A stretch of 64,000 bases of DNA from Sulfuricella sp. (GTDB lineage: Bacteria > Pseudomonadota > Gammaproteobacteria > Burkholderiales > Sulfuricellaceae), in NCBI GenBank assembly GCA_028714315.1, contig JAQTMN010000001.1, positions 49,578 to 113,577 of the forward strand, read 5' to 3'. The notes under the pieces are model-generated. The model was not told where the DNA came from, did no database searches, and saw only the letters and a program-made list of their open reading frames with translations. Shown here piece after piece: positions 22,228 through 32,601 of the stretch. The first letter of the stretch is position 1. Each line of letters opens with the position of its first letter. A program made the translations under genes and the position numbers.

Positions 22228-22944
22228 TTAAATCTTCAAAGGCTCCCTTTGTAGCGTTCGCACCCTTCTTGGTGCGAACAACCGCCGTTCAGTGGCAAAC
22301 GATACCGGCGCATCAGGGATAGTATCTTGCCCTTCAGCAAAGTTTTCCACCTCAACCTGCCTGGTGAAAAATTCAAGCTGCCCATCTCCGATTAGGAGGC
22401 GTAGCGCATCCTCCTGATTTTCCTTCACAAGACGCAGCACGTTGTTGAAATGTCCCTTCAAGCCAGGAAGGACTGGAGCGGAAGGGATACAGGTCTTACG
22501 CCCGAGCCAGACGCCCCATTTCGGATCAGCAAGTGCGGAGGCTATTTCACCCAGCAGAACCGCATTCCCTTCGAGCAGAACGCCAAAATCCGCATCCGTC
22601 AAATATTGTCGATGGGTCAGGACACAATCATTGTTGATTGCTCCACTCGCTCGCCTCGTATTTTGAACAGTGTGGTAGTCCTGCAACCGTCGAACCAGCA
22701 ATTCCTTCTTAACGCCATTCCGAGGGATAGCGATGGCAGTCATCCGCACCGCGCCAAACAAGGCCAAAAAAACCTCCTCCTTGTCGCCACCACGCGGCAT
22801 GCCTAGCGCGGCGCAGCACATCCCGGCAATGGCGCTCTTTGTCGGCATCAGGCCGGTATTACGGCGATTGTACTGACTGTCGAATCCCCAGGATTGAAGC
22901 GGCCCCTCCAGGCGAAGAGCCAGAAAACATTTTTCAGATGACAT
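22228..22944 (-). CDS. cas5: Type I-E Cas5 (CasD)
   Basis: LRLEGPLQSWG, PTKSAIAGM, DYHTV and LGRKTCIPS. Confidence 0.95.
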   Translation of the reverse strand: MSSEKCFLALRLEGPLQSWGFDSQYNRRNTGLMPTKSAIAGMCCAALGMPRGGDKEEVFLALFGAVRMTAIAIPRNGVKKELLVRRLQDYHTVQNTRRASGAINNDCVLTHRQYLTDADFGVLLEGNAVLLGEIASALADPKWGVWLGRKTCIPSAPVLPGLKGHFNNVLRLVKENQEDALRLLIGDGQLEFFTRQVEVENFAEGQDTIPDAPVSFATERRLFAPRRVRTLQREPLKI

Positions 22945-24073
22945 GATCCACCACCCCGTCAAGGAAGGCTTTCATGCCGATCTCAGGAATTGATTCCTCG
23001 AAGACAGCCTCAATACCCCATGTATCGGCTAATTTGGCATACTCCGATTTGAGCATTTCAACGGACTTGACCGCATAGCCCTGCGATGGGCGAATCGGAT
23101 TTTCGAAAGCGTTGATCAACTGAACTGGATGTCCTTTTTCCCGGACAACACCAAGCACATAAACTGGGAGCGTATTACCGTTCATTGTGTTCTTACGGGC
23201 GCCGGGAATGGCTTTGAGCGTTGCTTCCACAAATGCGCGAACCACACTTTTCCGCTCATCTGGGGTCATGCTTCCAAGGTGATCTGTATCGGCAAGCATG
23301 TCGAGGTTGAGAGCAGCGAAACGATAGTAAGTTGCGGAATTAAACTCCAGCGTACCGGTCATGCCAGCACCGGACTCCGCTTTGGATTGCAAGTCATCCA
23401 CAGCAGCGAAAAAATCGATTTCGTTATCTGCCTTATGGGTTGAAAGAGCGTGTGAAAACATGGATGCGGCTTCAACAGTTAAGGAATGGTCATTGGCAAC
23501 CATGCGCCCGAACAAAGCAATATCACCGGCATCCTTCAACTGTGCTGCTTTGATGGACTTGGCGATAGCCCCTTTTTCAAGAATCTTACCCATCACCTTC
23601 AAGGCTTGTTCTTTTGCTTTTTCATCATCCATTTTTAGTGCATCTGAAAGCGCACCAAGCGCTCCTTTCACATCTTCAGAATTTGCAATAACGTTAGCGA
23701 TGGATTGATATTCCGCATCTGAGAAAAACATTAGTGTCTTGATTTTCTTGATTCCTACCTCATCGTTTTTAGAATCAAGTGTCTCGACAATATCTGCCAC
23801 GCGTTCTGCAATGGCAATAGCGCACTCTTGTGGAATGCCTCTTTCCACAAAACAATTTTTGAGAGTAAAAACCATGCGTCGCGTTCTATCGCCTTTAAAG
23901 AACTTAGGCATAAACTCTTTTGACATTTCCCGAATCGCGCGCTTCCACGACTGGCTTGATACTCGCGCCCGCTGGACACCCCCAAAGACCGCTGTCTTGG
24001 GTGAATTAAGGTCATCACGATTGAGGCATGCAACAGGGACGGATTGAATGATGTGCAGTTCCAGATGTTTCAT
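22934..24073 (-). CDS. cas7: Type I-E Cas7 (Cse4/CasC)
   Basis: CLNRDDLNSPKTAVFGGVQRARVSSQSWKRAIR, DIALFGRM and DFFAAVDD. Confidence 0.96.
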   Translation of the reverse strand: MKHLELHIIQSVPVACLNRDDLNSPKTAVFGGVQRARVSSQSWKRAIREMSKEFMPKFFKGDRTRRMVFTLKNCFVERGIPQECAIAIAERVADIVETLDSKNDEVGIKKIKTLMFFSDAEYQSIANVIANSEDVKGALGALSDALKMDDEKAKEQALKVMGKILEKGAIAKSIKAAQLKDAGDIALFGRMVANDHSLTVEAASMFSHALSTHKADNEIDFFAAVDDLQSKAESGAGMTGTLEFNSATYYRFAALNLDMLADTDHLGSMTPDERKSVVRAFVEATLKAIPGARKNTMNGNTLPVYVLGVVREKGHPVQLINAFENPIRPSQGYAVKSVEMLKSEYAKLADTWGIEAVFEESIPEIGMKAFLDGVVDHVI

Positions 24074-24099
24074 GAATATTCTCCTTAATGTTTTTGTGA

Positions 24100-24786
24100 T
24101 TACAAATTTATAGGTGCGAGTAGCAACAGGCCAAACCCGAAACCTTTGGCACTGCCGATACCGGACTGATAGGTTTCGATAAACTTTACCGGATCAGTGA
24201 CTTCCAGTGTCCCGCGAAACTGTACGCCGCCGTGGTAGGCCGCCTGCCCTTTCTTGCGAAAATAACTTTCTACCATTGGGCTGATTTCAAGAGGCTTGTC
24301 TTCTACAATTTGAAAACCTCCAGGCACATCCAACCCTGTGACACTGTCTCGACACCGCACCTTACCTTTTTGAATTAGCCATGAGCGAAGTTCGTCCGCC
24401 TCTACCAATGGCACTCGTTTGCCCGATTTTCGTTTTCCAGTCGGACGATACAATGTCTCTCCGTTGGGGCCTCTTTGCACGACAGTCTTTATCGGATTGG
24501 CCCGCAGGTCAAAGGCATAGTGCCGATGGGCAAGGAACGAGGGAGCAATCTCTTTGAGAGCAAAGCCTTCAGGGGAACACCATTGAGGCCGCGCAGGTTT
24601 TCTCTCTGCCAGAATCCAGAGCCGAAACGCCCCTTCGAGCGTGTCAATTCGAGTCAGAAAATCTCGCTTGGTATCTGGCGCATCGGGGTAACACTCCCAC
24701 AGCTTTTTATGCCAGGTGTAACTGTCATAAATGCCTTCAGCACGAGCAGTTTCCGCATCTATTTCTAAACGGGCAAGCCAGCTCAT
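24100..24786 (-). CDS. cas6e: Type I-E Cas6e (Cse3/CasE)
   Basis: YTWHKKLW, FDLRANP and the C-terminal Gly loop GIGSAKGFGFGLL. Confidence 0.95.
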   Translation of the reverse strand: MSWLARLEIDAETARAEGIYDSYTWHKKLWECYPDAPDTKRDFLTRIDTLEGAFRLWILAERKPARPQWCSPEGFALKEIAPSFLAHRHYAFDLRANPIKTVVQRGPNGETLYRPTGKRKSGKRVPLVEADELRSWLIQKGKVRCRDSVTGLDVPGGFQIVEDKPLEISPMVESYFRKKGQAAYHGGVQFRGTLEVTDPVKFIETYQSGIGSAKGFGFGLLLLAPINL

Positions 24787-25274
24787 ACGCCCTCCTCAGC
24801 AGCAGTCGCTTCGCCTTGCATCCAGAAGGACGCTGCCCATTCGGCTTTCTTTCGGTCGCTCCAGTGTTTGAGGTCGGCCTCCAGTTTTTGATAATTGACC
24901 GGCACTCCCTGAGACTTTGCCATGAGCACCATCCTCAAGACACGAGCATATAGCTCTTCTCCTCGTTCCGCCGCCAGTAAATGCTGGAACCTCCGTTCAG
25001 TCGATGTCAACTTGCTATCATCGCTTTCTCGCTTACCCCGTTTCTGTTCGATCACCTTGCAGGTTGCACCAAAATCCCCACTGAATGTCTCTTCGGGATG
25101 GGTGGCGAAAAGTCCGGCAACAAACGCCATGTCATCATCGGTTATCGAGACCCCCAAGCGATTCAACGCAGGCCAGGCACGGTGTTTTTTGTTATCTACA
25201 AGTATGCAACGAAGGTTGGCCATCATCCCCCGGTCATCTTTGTACTTGCGGAGTCGTTCGAGAAGCCAGCTCAT
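24783..25274 (-). CDS. cse2: Type I-E Cse2 (Cas11/CasB)
   Basis: DRGMMANLR, ERRFQHLLAA and WAASFW; position in the operon. Confidence 0.88.
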   Translation of the reverse strand: MSWLLERLRKYKDDRGMMANLRCILVDNKKHRAWPALNRLGVSITDDDMAFVAGLFATHPEETFSGDFGATCKVIEQKRGKRESDDSKLTSTERRFQHLLAAERGEELYARVLRMVLMAKSQGVPVNYQKLEADLKHWSDRKKAEWAASFWMQGEATAAEEGV

Positions 25275-26890
25275 AGTTCCACCTCCTTGGTTTCTTGGGT
25301 ATTTAATTCGGGCTTATCTTTCTTTGTTGTCAACTTATGCCACCCTTTGGCAAAGGCTCGCATCTGCCGTGGCGTCTCTTGCCCACAAACGATACGGTAA
25401 GCATCACAAGCGGCTGAGAAGAGCATTTTTCGCCACGCCTCGCGGGTGGGGATTGCGGCATCGGTGCCAATAGCTTCGATATGCGTCATAAGTAACGGGA
25501 GATTTTTTTCGACGGCGGTCCAGTATGATAGGAATGCTCCCTGTGCCAACTTGTCTTTCAAGGCGCTCTGCTCTTTTGCCTGAGTTCTCTTGACACGAGA
25601 AATCCAGTCGTTGTCGATTGTTGAACGATAATCTTCTATCGCCCAACGAAGTTTTCTGGAACGCTCCTCGGCTCTTATAACCTCAGCCTGATAGATGGGA
25701 AAATTGGCTTGAAAGGCCGGTGCGATATGGAAGACAGATTCAACAGCAATGTCCATTGAAGCCTGGTCTCGAATAATGGCACACACATGAAAATCGAACT
25801 CGGTGTTAGGTGCGTTTACCATAGCCAACGGACCACCGAGGCCATCTGCTGAACGCTTTACGAGTAGCGAAGACAACTCTCGCCACAACGCTCTTGTCGG
25901 TTCTACCTTGACCACCCTCCTTTCTGTAGTTTCTATACCCTTTTTGTCCTTCTTTGTAATTACCCGGACTGCTGCTGTCGGCTCAGAGGGAAATCCATCT
26001 TTGTATGTGTCATATTTAAATCCGTTACAACAGTACATCTGGTCAGAATCATGAATCAGACGAATCCAGCGAGATATAGGCACCAGTCGCCCGATATACG
26101 TTTTCGTCGCATTAATCACACCATCCACTTCCTTCTCCGGTGACTTGGGAAAATTCTCCCAGACAGGTCGCCCTAAAGCCAAATCCGAATAGCTGTCACC
26201 TTTCTTTTTGTCAGTTGAAAACGCTCTATAAGCATTTCCAATCGTTTCAAATGTCGGCAAATTGAAGTGCAGTGTTTCTGCTACTGATCTTCCTCGAAAT
26301 AAACAATGAGCCATGGATTGTGATAAGCATGGCGCGTCTGGATTGCCAACTTGAGAAGTCTTGATCATTTTCCACTGCGCTACAGGCGAGCCTCCACCAG
26401 AGGAGAAATTCTGAAAAGTAAGTAAGTTCAATGCAATTCGTTCAGGTTTAATTGGGCGAAAACCCATTTGCCCACCATGATCGTTAAGGGTCGAATTGTT
26501 TCCGGTTGCCAGTTCAAAATCCAGAAGAGCCACAGGCGATGTCTTTCCAGATTCACCGCCCTCTTTTTCGACTCCGTTCAACTCTGCCACTTGCAACCAC
26601 GGCTTTTTCTCATGAAACAACTCAAACGAATCTTTCCAGTCCGTCAGGTACGTCCGCACTGCGTCAGGCAAACGTTTCGGCACTTCACACCACTCGTCAT
26701 AATCCTTCGGGCCTTTGAGTGCGGCATGAACAACGCAAAGGAAAAGCCGCATCAGGGCAACCCGTTCGTGCGGGCGCACTGCCAGATCGGCGAATTTCTC
26801 GCCTTCAGCAAGCACGGCATACAGGCTTGCCAGTTCTCGTTTACCCGAGTTGACTATCACCGGTATCCACGGGTCAAAGGCAACATTCAT
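25271..26890 (-). CDS. cse1: Type I-E Cas8e (Cse1/CasA)
   Basis: MNVAFDPWIPV, SFELFHEKKPWLQ and RALWREL; follows cas3. Confidence 0.92.
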   Translation of the reverse strand: MNVAFDPWIPVIVNSGKRELASLYAVLAEGEKFADLAVRPHERVALMRLFLCVVHAALKGPKDYDEWCEVPKRLPDAVRTYLTDWKDSFELFHEKKPWLQVAELNGVEKEGGESGKTSPVALLDFELATGNNSTLNDHGGQMGFRPIKPERIALNLLTFQNFSSGGGSPVAQWKMIKTSQVGNPDAPCLSQSMAHCLFRGRSVAETLHFNLPTFETIGNAYRAFSTDKKKGDSYSDLALGRPVWENFPKSPEKEVDGVINATKTYIGRLVPISRWIRLIHDSDQMYCCNGFKYDTYKDGFPSEPTAAVRVITKKDKKGIETTERRVVKVEPTRALWRELSSLLVKRSADGLGGPLAMVNAPNTEFDFHVCAIIRDQASMDIAVESVFHIAPAFQANFPIYQAEVIRAEERSRKLRWAIEDYRSTIDNDWISRVKRTQAKEQSALKDKLAQGAFLSYWTAVEKNLPLLMTHIEAIGTDAAIPTREAWRKMLFSAACDAYRIVCGQETPRQMRAFAKGWHKLTTKKDKPELNTQETKEVEL

Positions 26891-26907
26891 ATCGCGTCCT
26901 TTCGAAA

Positions 26908-29463
26908 TTATTTTTCAATGACTAGCCCCAATTCATCAGCATAAAAAAGTCGGATTCCAGATTGCAATCCATCCACTTCGATTGCACCACTCTCCGCAAC
27001 AATTCCAGCACTCTGCTTTCCGAAGAGATAGTCACTAAAAGCGGGGCATGGCTCAACATGGGCGAAGCAATATTCTGGAACCTTTACAATATTCTTGTGA
27101 ATCGCCTGTGTGGTAGCGAGCCGATACTGGTCACTACCAAGGGTGTTTTTTGATTGATCGACAAAAACGACTTCCTGATCTTTTAGCGATAGATAAAGAA
27201 TTAGAGAAATAGTCGGCATTTCATTAAGCCGTGTTTGAACTCCCTCTTCATCTTCAAGTGCTACCTGCCAAAGATTGCAGTTTCGAGAGGCCTCCATTTT
27301 CTTCGCCGAATCCGTTCCAAACCATTCATCAAAAAGCTTTTCCCATGAATCGGGTTCTTTTTCTCGCTCCCTATATGTTGATTCAATCAACTGCCGTATC
27401 TGCAATGGAATCGTTACTTGTGGTTGCGCCGCCTTCCAAACTTCAAGCGAACGGAGAAGGACGAAAGGGGCATACACATTGGATTTACTCCCAAGAGCTT
27501 TCACAATCTCCTTAGGCTCCATGATTCTGAACTCATCAATGCTTTTTTCTTCTTCAAGAATACAGAGCCGAGCCGTATCAACTGGTCGCGGCCCCCGTTC
27601 ATGCCGCCAGAGCCGCCCAATGCGTTGCAGAAGCATGTCGGTAGGTGCCAGTTCAGTAATCAAGAGATCAGCGTCAAGATCGACGCTCTGTTCAACGATC
27701 TGGGTAGAAACAAGAATTGAGCCACATCTGGTCGTTCCGCTTTTGCCGAACCGTTCCATCCATTCAGCTTCAAGTTCTTCACGCCGCCAGAAGGGGAATC
27801 GCGAATGGAGAAGCCCAACGGGGAATTCTCCTTGAGTTAGTTCTGCGAACCTTCGATATTGCTTCTGGGCTACATCAACGGTATTGCATATCCAGAGTAC
27901 TGTCCCTCCGTTTCGTGCAAGCGCAATCGCGTCTTCTATAGCACTCTCTGCGGCAACAAAATCCACCTTAACATTAAGAGACTTCGGCGGCATTGCCGCT
28001 ACCGGTTCAATAGAAACGCCTTCTTTACGACCGGTAATGAGAGGGTAAGGAAGCCCGGCACCATCTGAAGCCGCATCGAAGCAAGAAACCATCCGACCGC
28101 GCCGCTTTCCCGTGAGGGTTGCGGACAGGACAATAACCGTACAACCCAATCCTTCGAGCGTGCTAATCAGTTTATCGATTAGGGTTCCTGTGTAGAGGTC
28201 GTATGAATGCACTTCATCAAGAATTACGACCTTCCCTGCAAGCGCAAAGTGGCGAACAAAAAAATGTTTTGCAGCCACCACACCGAGCAAAGCCTGATCA
28301 ACCGTGCCGACACCGAAGGGCGCAAGTAATGCTCGTTTTGTAGAGGCAAACCAATCCCGCCCGGTTCGTGCGTCATTCTGTGCGGCTCCCTGTTTCAGGG
28401 TCGCTGCCGGACATATCCCATAATCAGCCTCCATAAGCCAGGAATTGCCGTGAATAAGTCTGCTTGCTGGTGCTTCTTGGGCGATACGACGCAAAAAATC
28501 GTTCATGCGCAGATGAATCCGATTGCTTGTCGCCTGAGTAGGAAGGGCAAAGTAAATGCCGTTTGCTTTTCCGGTGGACATCAGTTGATATGCGGCACCA
28601 AGCGCGGCTTCGGTCTTCCCCATTCCCATTGGTGCTTCGATGACATAGACACCAGGGCCAGTGATGGTGGCGAGCGCCTTTTCCTGCATGTCGTTCGGTG
28701 GAAAATCAAAGAGAAATTCAAACGAAAGATTTTCATTGAGTACCGGCGGCAGAAAACCGATTGTATTTAGTGCATTCCGTGCAATGGAAGCGGCGTCGAC
28801 CTCCTCAGTTCTGCTCTCAGAAAGAAAAAAACGTTCATCTGAGCCAATCCAGTCGGCAACAGAGGTGAGACCGGCAAGCCACCAAAGCGAAGGTGACGAG
28901 TCTATGAGTTCAATAGACGTACCCTTGACTACAAAGCGGTGCCAAGTCATTTTGGCATTTCCCATGCGCACGGCATCCCAATCAATTTGGCTGGCAGAAT
29001 CAGAAATCAGCTTCTGCGGACGGTACCCTCGATCATTTGGCGGAGACAGGCGACCATGATGGGCACCAAGTACAGCCGAAACGAACTTCGCTGTTTTCCG
29101 GTCAATGTTGTTCTCTGTTAGAAAAATCTGAATAGCCGCGTGGGACACCTTACCGTGATCCGACTCCATTGCCGCATCCCAGCAGCCATTACGATCAACT
29201 TTTACCAGATCATTTTCCTCAAGCCATGCCTTACACTTCCTCTGAAAGCCTGGAGAAATTTTGCCAAGGTCGTGGAGAGCCGCAAGCGCACCGACCATCG
29301 ATGATTGCAATTGAAAGCGCTCAAGGAGTTGCGGATAGCTCTCAGCAATACAGCGTGCCACGCACCCGACATTCACCATGTGATCAAAAACAGAAATCCC
29401 GGGCAGCCCATCTGGAGTGGTCTTTGCCCAAAAGTGAATAATGCACTTCTCATTGTTAGCCAC
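26908..29463 (-). CDS. cas3: Cas3 HD nuclease-helicase
   Basis: FWAK, LHDLGK (HD), ADWIGS, APMGMGKT, DEVH, LSAT and QRIGRLWRH. Confidence 0.97.
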   Translation of the reverse strand: MANNEKCIIHFWAKTTPDGLPGISVFDHMVNVGCVARCIAESYPQLLERFQLQSSMVGALAALHDLGKISPGFQRKCKAWLEENDLVKVDRNGCWDAAMESDHGKVSHAAIQIFLTENNIDRKTAKFVSAVLGAHHGRLSPPNDRGYRPQKLISDSASQIDWDAVRMGNAKMTWHRFVVKGTSIELIDSSPSLWWLAGLTSVADWIGSDERFFLSESRTEEVDAASIARNALNTIGFLPPVLNENLSFEFLFDFPPNDMQEKALATITGPGVYVIEAPMGMGKTEAALGAAYQLMSTGKANGIYFALPTQATSNRIHLRMNDFLRRIAQEAPASRLIHGNSWLMEADYGICPAATLKQGAAQNDARTGRDWFASTKRALLAPFGVGTVDQALLGVVAAKHFFVRHFALAGKVVILDEVHSYDLYTGTLIDKLISTLEGLGCTVIVLSATLTGKRRGRMVSCFDAASDGAGLPYPLITGRKEGVSIEPVAAMPPKSLNVKVDFVAAESAIEDAIALARNGGTVLWICNTVDVAQKQYRRFAELTQGEFPVGLLHSRFPFWRREELEAEWMERFGKSGTTRCGSILVSTQIVEQSVDLDADLLITELAPTDMLLQRIGRLWRHERGPRPVDTARLCILEEEKSIDEFRIMEPKEIVKALGSKSNVYAPFVLLRSLEVWKAAQPQVTIPLQIRQLIESTYREREKEPDSWEKLFDEWFGTDSAKKMEASRNCNLWQVALEDEEGVQTRLNEMPTISLILYLSLKDQEVVFVDQSKNTLGSDQYRLATTQAIHKNIVKVPEYCFAHVEPCPAFSDYLFGKQSAGIVAESGAIEVDGLQSGIRLFYADELGLVIEK

Positions 29464-29774
29464 GTAGCGTATCTCCAGATCAACAAGAATCGGGCATTAC
29501 CGGTCAGACATTGGCATCCAATTTACCACCCCAACTGGCTCACAGAGCGAGCCAGTAAAGTCGTTCCAATAAAAAATTTCTTTTTTTGGGTAAGTAACGC
29601 ACACCCATCGAAACAACCCGCTCTACATTACGGCTTTCACATATCGAGCACCCGAAAATACCCTCCTTCGTACCAATAATCTGCTCGTCCGCCGTTGCCA
29701 GCGTTTTGCAAACGCCTGGCGCAAGCCGGTGATGACCGACATGGAAAACCTGAGGGCTTGCAAGGGATTGGGTT

Positions 29775-29806
29775 TGTCGGGTTACGCTACGCTAACCCGA
29801 CCTACA
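29775..29806. repeat. REP-like palindrome (GTAG family)
   Basis: GTCGGGTTACGCTACGCTAACCCGACCTAC. Confidence 0.6.
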
Positions 29807-29872
29807 TTTCGTGGTGATAGCAGGACGGGGAAAATGCGAACAGTATATTACCTTGTTCTACTCGCCGTCATG

Positions 29873-30256
29873 TCAAAGGTCGAGATAGACCTCGAATTCG
29901 ATCCGTTGCCACGGATTGCGGCTTTTCTTCAAACGGGTAATGCGCGCTTCCGCCTTGGAGCCGCGATCCATGAAGCGCGCCAGCGCTTCGTTATCAGCAC
30001 GCGGCACATAGCCGAGCTTGTGGGCGTTCCATTCGACCCGCACGGCATGAGCGTCATAGGGGTTGCTGGGCTCGCGGATCAGTTGAAGAGGGTCGCCCAC
30101 TTTCATCTCTTTCCACAACCGCTTGCCTTCGTAATAACGAAATCCGGCCAGAGGAGAGTTTTGCAGCAGGATTTTGGCGCGGGTTTCAGGTTCGGCGGAT
30201 GCCTGCGAGAAGCAGAAAACTGCGAGCAACAATAACGCAACCAGATAGGACCGCAT
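29873..30256 (-). CDS. Stand-alone HIRAN-domain protein with apparent signal peptide
   Basis: LAGFRYY, LIREPSNPYDAHAV and KLGYVPR HIRAN motifs; N-terminus MRSYLVALLLLAVFCFSQASA. Confidence 0.85.
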   Translation of the reverse strand: MRSYLVALLLLAVFCFSQASAEPETRAKILLQNSPLAGFRYYEGKRLWKEMKVGDPLQLIREPSNPYDAHAVRVEWNAHKLGYVPRADNEALARFMDRGSKAEARITRLKKSRNPWQRIEFEVYLDL

Positions 30257-30262
30257 GAACTT

Positions 30263-30635
30263 CCCCCTCTCCCCAGCCCTCTCCCGCGACGGGAGAGGGA
30301 GTTTCGGCGACGACCTGTTAGTCAGTCACCATGAGCCCAATGGTGTGGCGGCACCAGCCGCCTCCCCCGTTGACATCCCACGCGGACTTTAGCGTGAAAC
30401 TCGCGAAGCGAGACCTCGTCTCCCTCTCGCGCTGGCGAGAGAGGGTTAGGGGCGAGGGAGACGGTCAGGGCGAATCGTTGTTTCATAATTCGGGGCGGCG
30501 ATTTGCCATGACCGTTAGCCCGTAGCGAGTCGGAGACCCCTTGCGCGAAAAGGGGAATCGAGGGGGATTTAGCGGGCGCCGCTATTCGTGGCATTTTTAA
30601 ATCCCCCCTAGCCCCCCTTTTTCAAAGGGGGGAAT
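30263..30635. repeat. Cluster of palindromic REP-like elements (CCCTCTCCC..GGGAGAGGG and CCCCC..GGGGG families)
   Basis: Hairpins at about 30277-30299, 30422-30445 and 30612-30632; TTAGCGTGAAACTCGCGAAGCGAG also occurs (reverse-complemented, near-identical) at 2903-2926 and 59933-59956. Confidence 0.7.
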
Positions 30636-30657
30636 ACTTTTGTTTCACATTGGCTGT

Positions 30658-32592
30658 CTACGAGCCTGCCGGCTGTTCGAAGAATTTCACCACATCCGCC
30701 GCTTCCCGCGTCCGCTTCATCGGCGGCAGGCTTTGCCAGATGCGCTTGCCATATTGTTTGGTGATGAGGCGCGGGTCGCAGATCATCAGCACGCCGCGGT
30801 CGGTCTCGTCGCGGATCAGCCGCCCCGCGCCCTGTTTGAGCGTGATGACGGCATGGGGGAGCTGGTATTCCATGAAGGCGTTGCGCCCTTCCTGGTTGAT
30901 TTTCTCGATGCGCGCGGCGAGGACGGGATCGTCCGGCGGCGAGAACGGCAGTTTGTCGATGATCACCAGCGACAGCGCCGAGCCGCGCACGTCCACCCCC
31001 TCCCAAAAGCTCTGGCTCGCCACCAGAACGGCGTTGCCGAGACGGCGGAAGCGTTCCAGCAGCTCGGTGCGGGTGCCTTCGCCTTGCAGCAGCAGGGGAA
31101 ATTCGAGCCCCTCTTTCTCGAATGCCTCTTTCAGCAGTTCATGTGCCTCGCGCATGGCGCGCAGGCTGGTGCAAAGCAGGAAGGCGCGGCCGCCGCTGGC
31201 ACGGATCGCGGGCAGCGCCGCCGCCACTACGGCTTCGGTATAGCCGCGGCTGTTCGGCTCCGGCATGCCTTGCGGCGCATAGAGCACGGCCTGGTTTTCG
31301 TAGTCGAATGGGCTGTCCCACAGCGCAGTGGCGGCCTCGAGCAAGCCCATCTGGCTCTGGTAGTGGCTGAAATCCTTTTTCACCGCGAGCGTGGCCGAGG
31401 TAAAAATCCAGGCGCGGGCGCTGCCGTCGATTTGCTTGCGGAAGATTTCGGCGATGGAAAGCGGCGTGGCGTTGAGCTGCAAGGCGCGGTTGAACACTTC
31501 CACCCAGCGCACGCTGGTGTTGTCGGCCTCGTCGGTCCAGCGTTTTAACTGCATCGCGAACTGGATGCCGCGCTGCCGGCAATTCTCCAGGCCGGGGCTG
31601 CGCTCGGCCTGGGATTCGAGCAGTTTATCGAGCGCGTCGAGCCTGGTTTTGACTTCGGCCAGGGCGTCAGCGAAGCCACGCGTGCCCTGCGCCGCTGTCA
31701 GCGGCAGGCGCACGCTGTCTTGCGGGAAAACCAGCCGGAAATCGCGCACCGCTTTTTCCAGCGCCGCCGCGCCTTCGGGCAAAGGGGCGAAATCCTTGGC
31801 CGACACCATGCCTTCGGCGTGGGCGTCGTGGGCCAGTTCGAGCAGTTGCGAGGTGCTGAGGTTCTCGCCGAAGAACAGGCTGGCGGTGTCGGGCAACTGG
31901 TGCGCCTCGTCAAAAATCACCGTATTGCTGGCGGGCAGGAGCTCGGCCACGCCTTCATCGCGCAGCATGACGTCGGCGAAAAACAGGTGATGGTTGACCA
32001 CCACCACGTCGGCGGCCTGGGCACGCTTGCGCGCTTCCATCACGAAGCAGTCCTTGTGCTGCGGGCATTCCTGGCCGAGGCAGTTGTCCCGCGTCGAGGT
32101 GACGTAGGACCAGATGCCGGCGTTTTCCGGCACGTCGCTCAAGGCGCTCTTGTCGCCGCTGTCGCTGTGCTTGGCGAATTTCTCGATCTGCGCCAGGTAG
32201 CGCGCATCGTCGCGGGTCATGAAACGGCCTTCGTTCTTGGCGCGTTCGAGGTGGAAATGGCAGACGTAATTGGCGCGCCCCTTGAGCATCGCCACCGTCA
32301 CCGGCACTTTCAACGCCGCCCGCATGGCTGGGATGTCGCGCAGGAAAAGCTGGTCCTGCAAGGTCTTGGTGCCGGTGGAGACGATCACCTTGCCGCCGGA
32401 CAAGAGCGCCGGGGCGAGATAGGCGTAGGTCTTGCCGGTGCCGGTGCCGGCTTCGGTGACCAGGATTTCGTGCTTTTCAATCGCCGCCGCGATGGCGCGC
32501 GCCATTTCCAGCTGCTGGGGGCGGGTGCGGTAATCCTGGAAGGCGCGCGAGAGCACGCCGCCTTCGGCGAAGATGGAATCGAGATCAAGCAT
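30658..32592 (-). CDS. yoaA: ATP-dependent DNA helicase, DinG/YoaA family
   Basis: EAGTGTGKT, KGRANYVC with Fe-S cysteines, DEAH and QGAGRLIR. Alternative TTG start at 32598. Confidence 0.9.
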   Translation of the reverse strand: MLDLDSIFAEGGVLSRAFQDYRTRPQQLEMARAIAAAIEKHEILVTEAGTGTGKTYAYLAPALLSGGKVIVSTGTKTLQDQLFLRDIPAMRAALKVPVTVAMLKGRANYVCHFHLERAKNEGRFMTRDDARYLAQIEKFAKHSDSGDKSALSDVPENAGIWSYVTSTRDNCLGQECPQHKDCFVMEARKRAQAADVVVVNHHLFFADVMLRDEGVAELLPASNTVIFDEAHQLPDTASLFFGENLSTSQLLELAHDAHAEGMVSAKDFAPLPEGAAALEKAVRDFRLVFPQDSVRLPLTAAQGTRGFADALAEVKTRLDALDKLLESQAERSPGLENCRQRGIQFAMQLKRWTDEADNTSVRWVEVFNRALQLNATPLSIAEIFRKQIDGSARAWIFTSATLAVKKDFSHYQSQMGLLEAATALWDSPFDYENQAVLYAPQGMPEPNSRGYTEAVVAAALPAIRASGGRAFLLCTSLRAMREAHELLKEAFEKEGLEFPLLLQGEGTRTELLERFRRLGNAVLVASQSFWEGVDVRGSALSLVIIDKLPFSPPDDPVLAARIEKINQEGRNAFMEYQLPHAVITLKQGAGRLIRDETDRGVLMICDPRLITKQYGKRIWQSLPPMKRTREAADVVKFFEQPAGS

Positions 32593-32601
32593 GCTCAACG
32601 G

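Noticed and set aside
29464-29872. Possible CreTA/CreR-like mini-array or small gene upstream of cas3
   Set aside because: No degenerate repeat copies were visible by eye; only a REP and short unconvincing ORFs.
30658-32592. DinG helicase near the CRISPR locus as a type IV CasDinG
   Set aside because: It has host-like GC and a full-length Fe-S YoaA-type sequence; no csf genes are present and the I-E locus already has Cas3.
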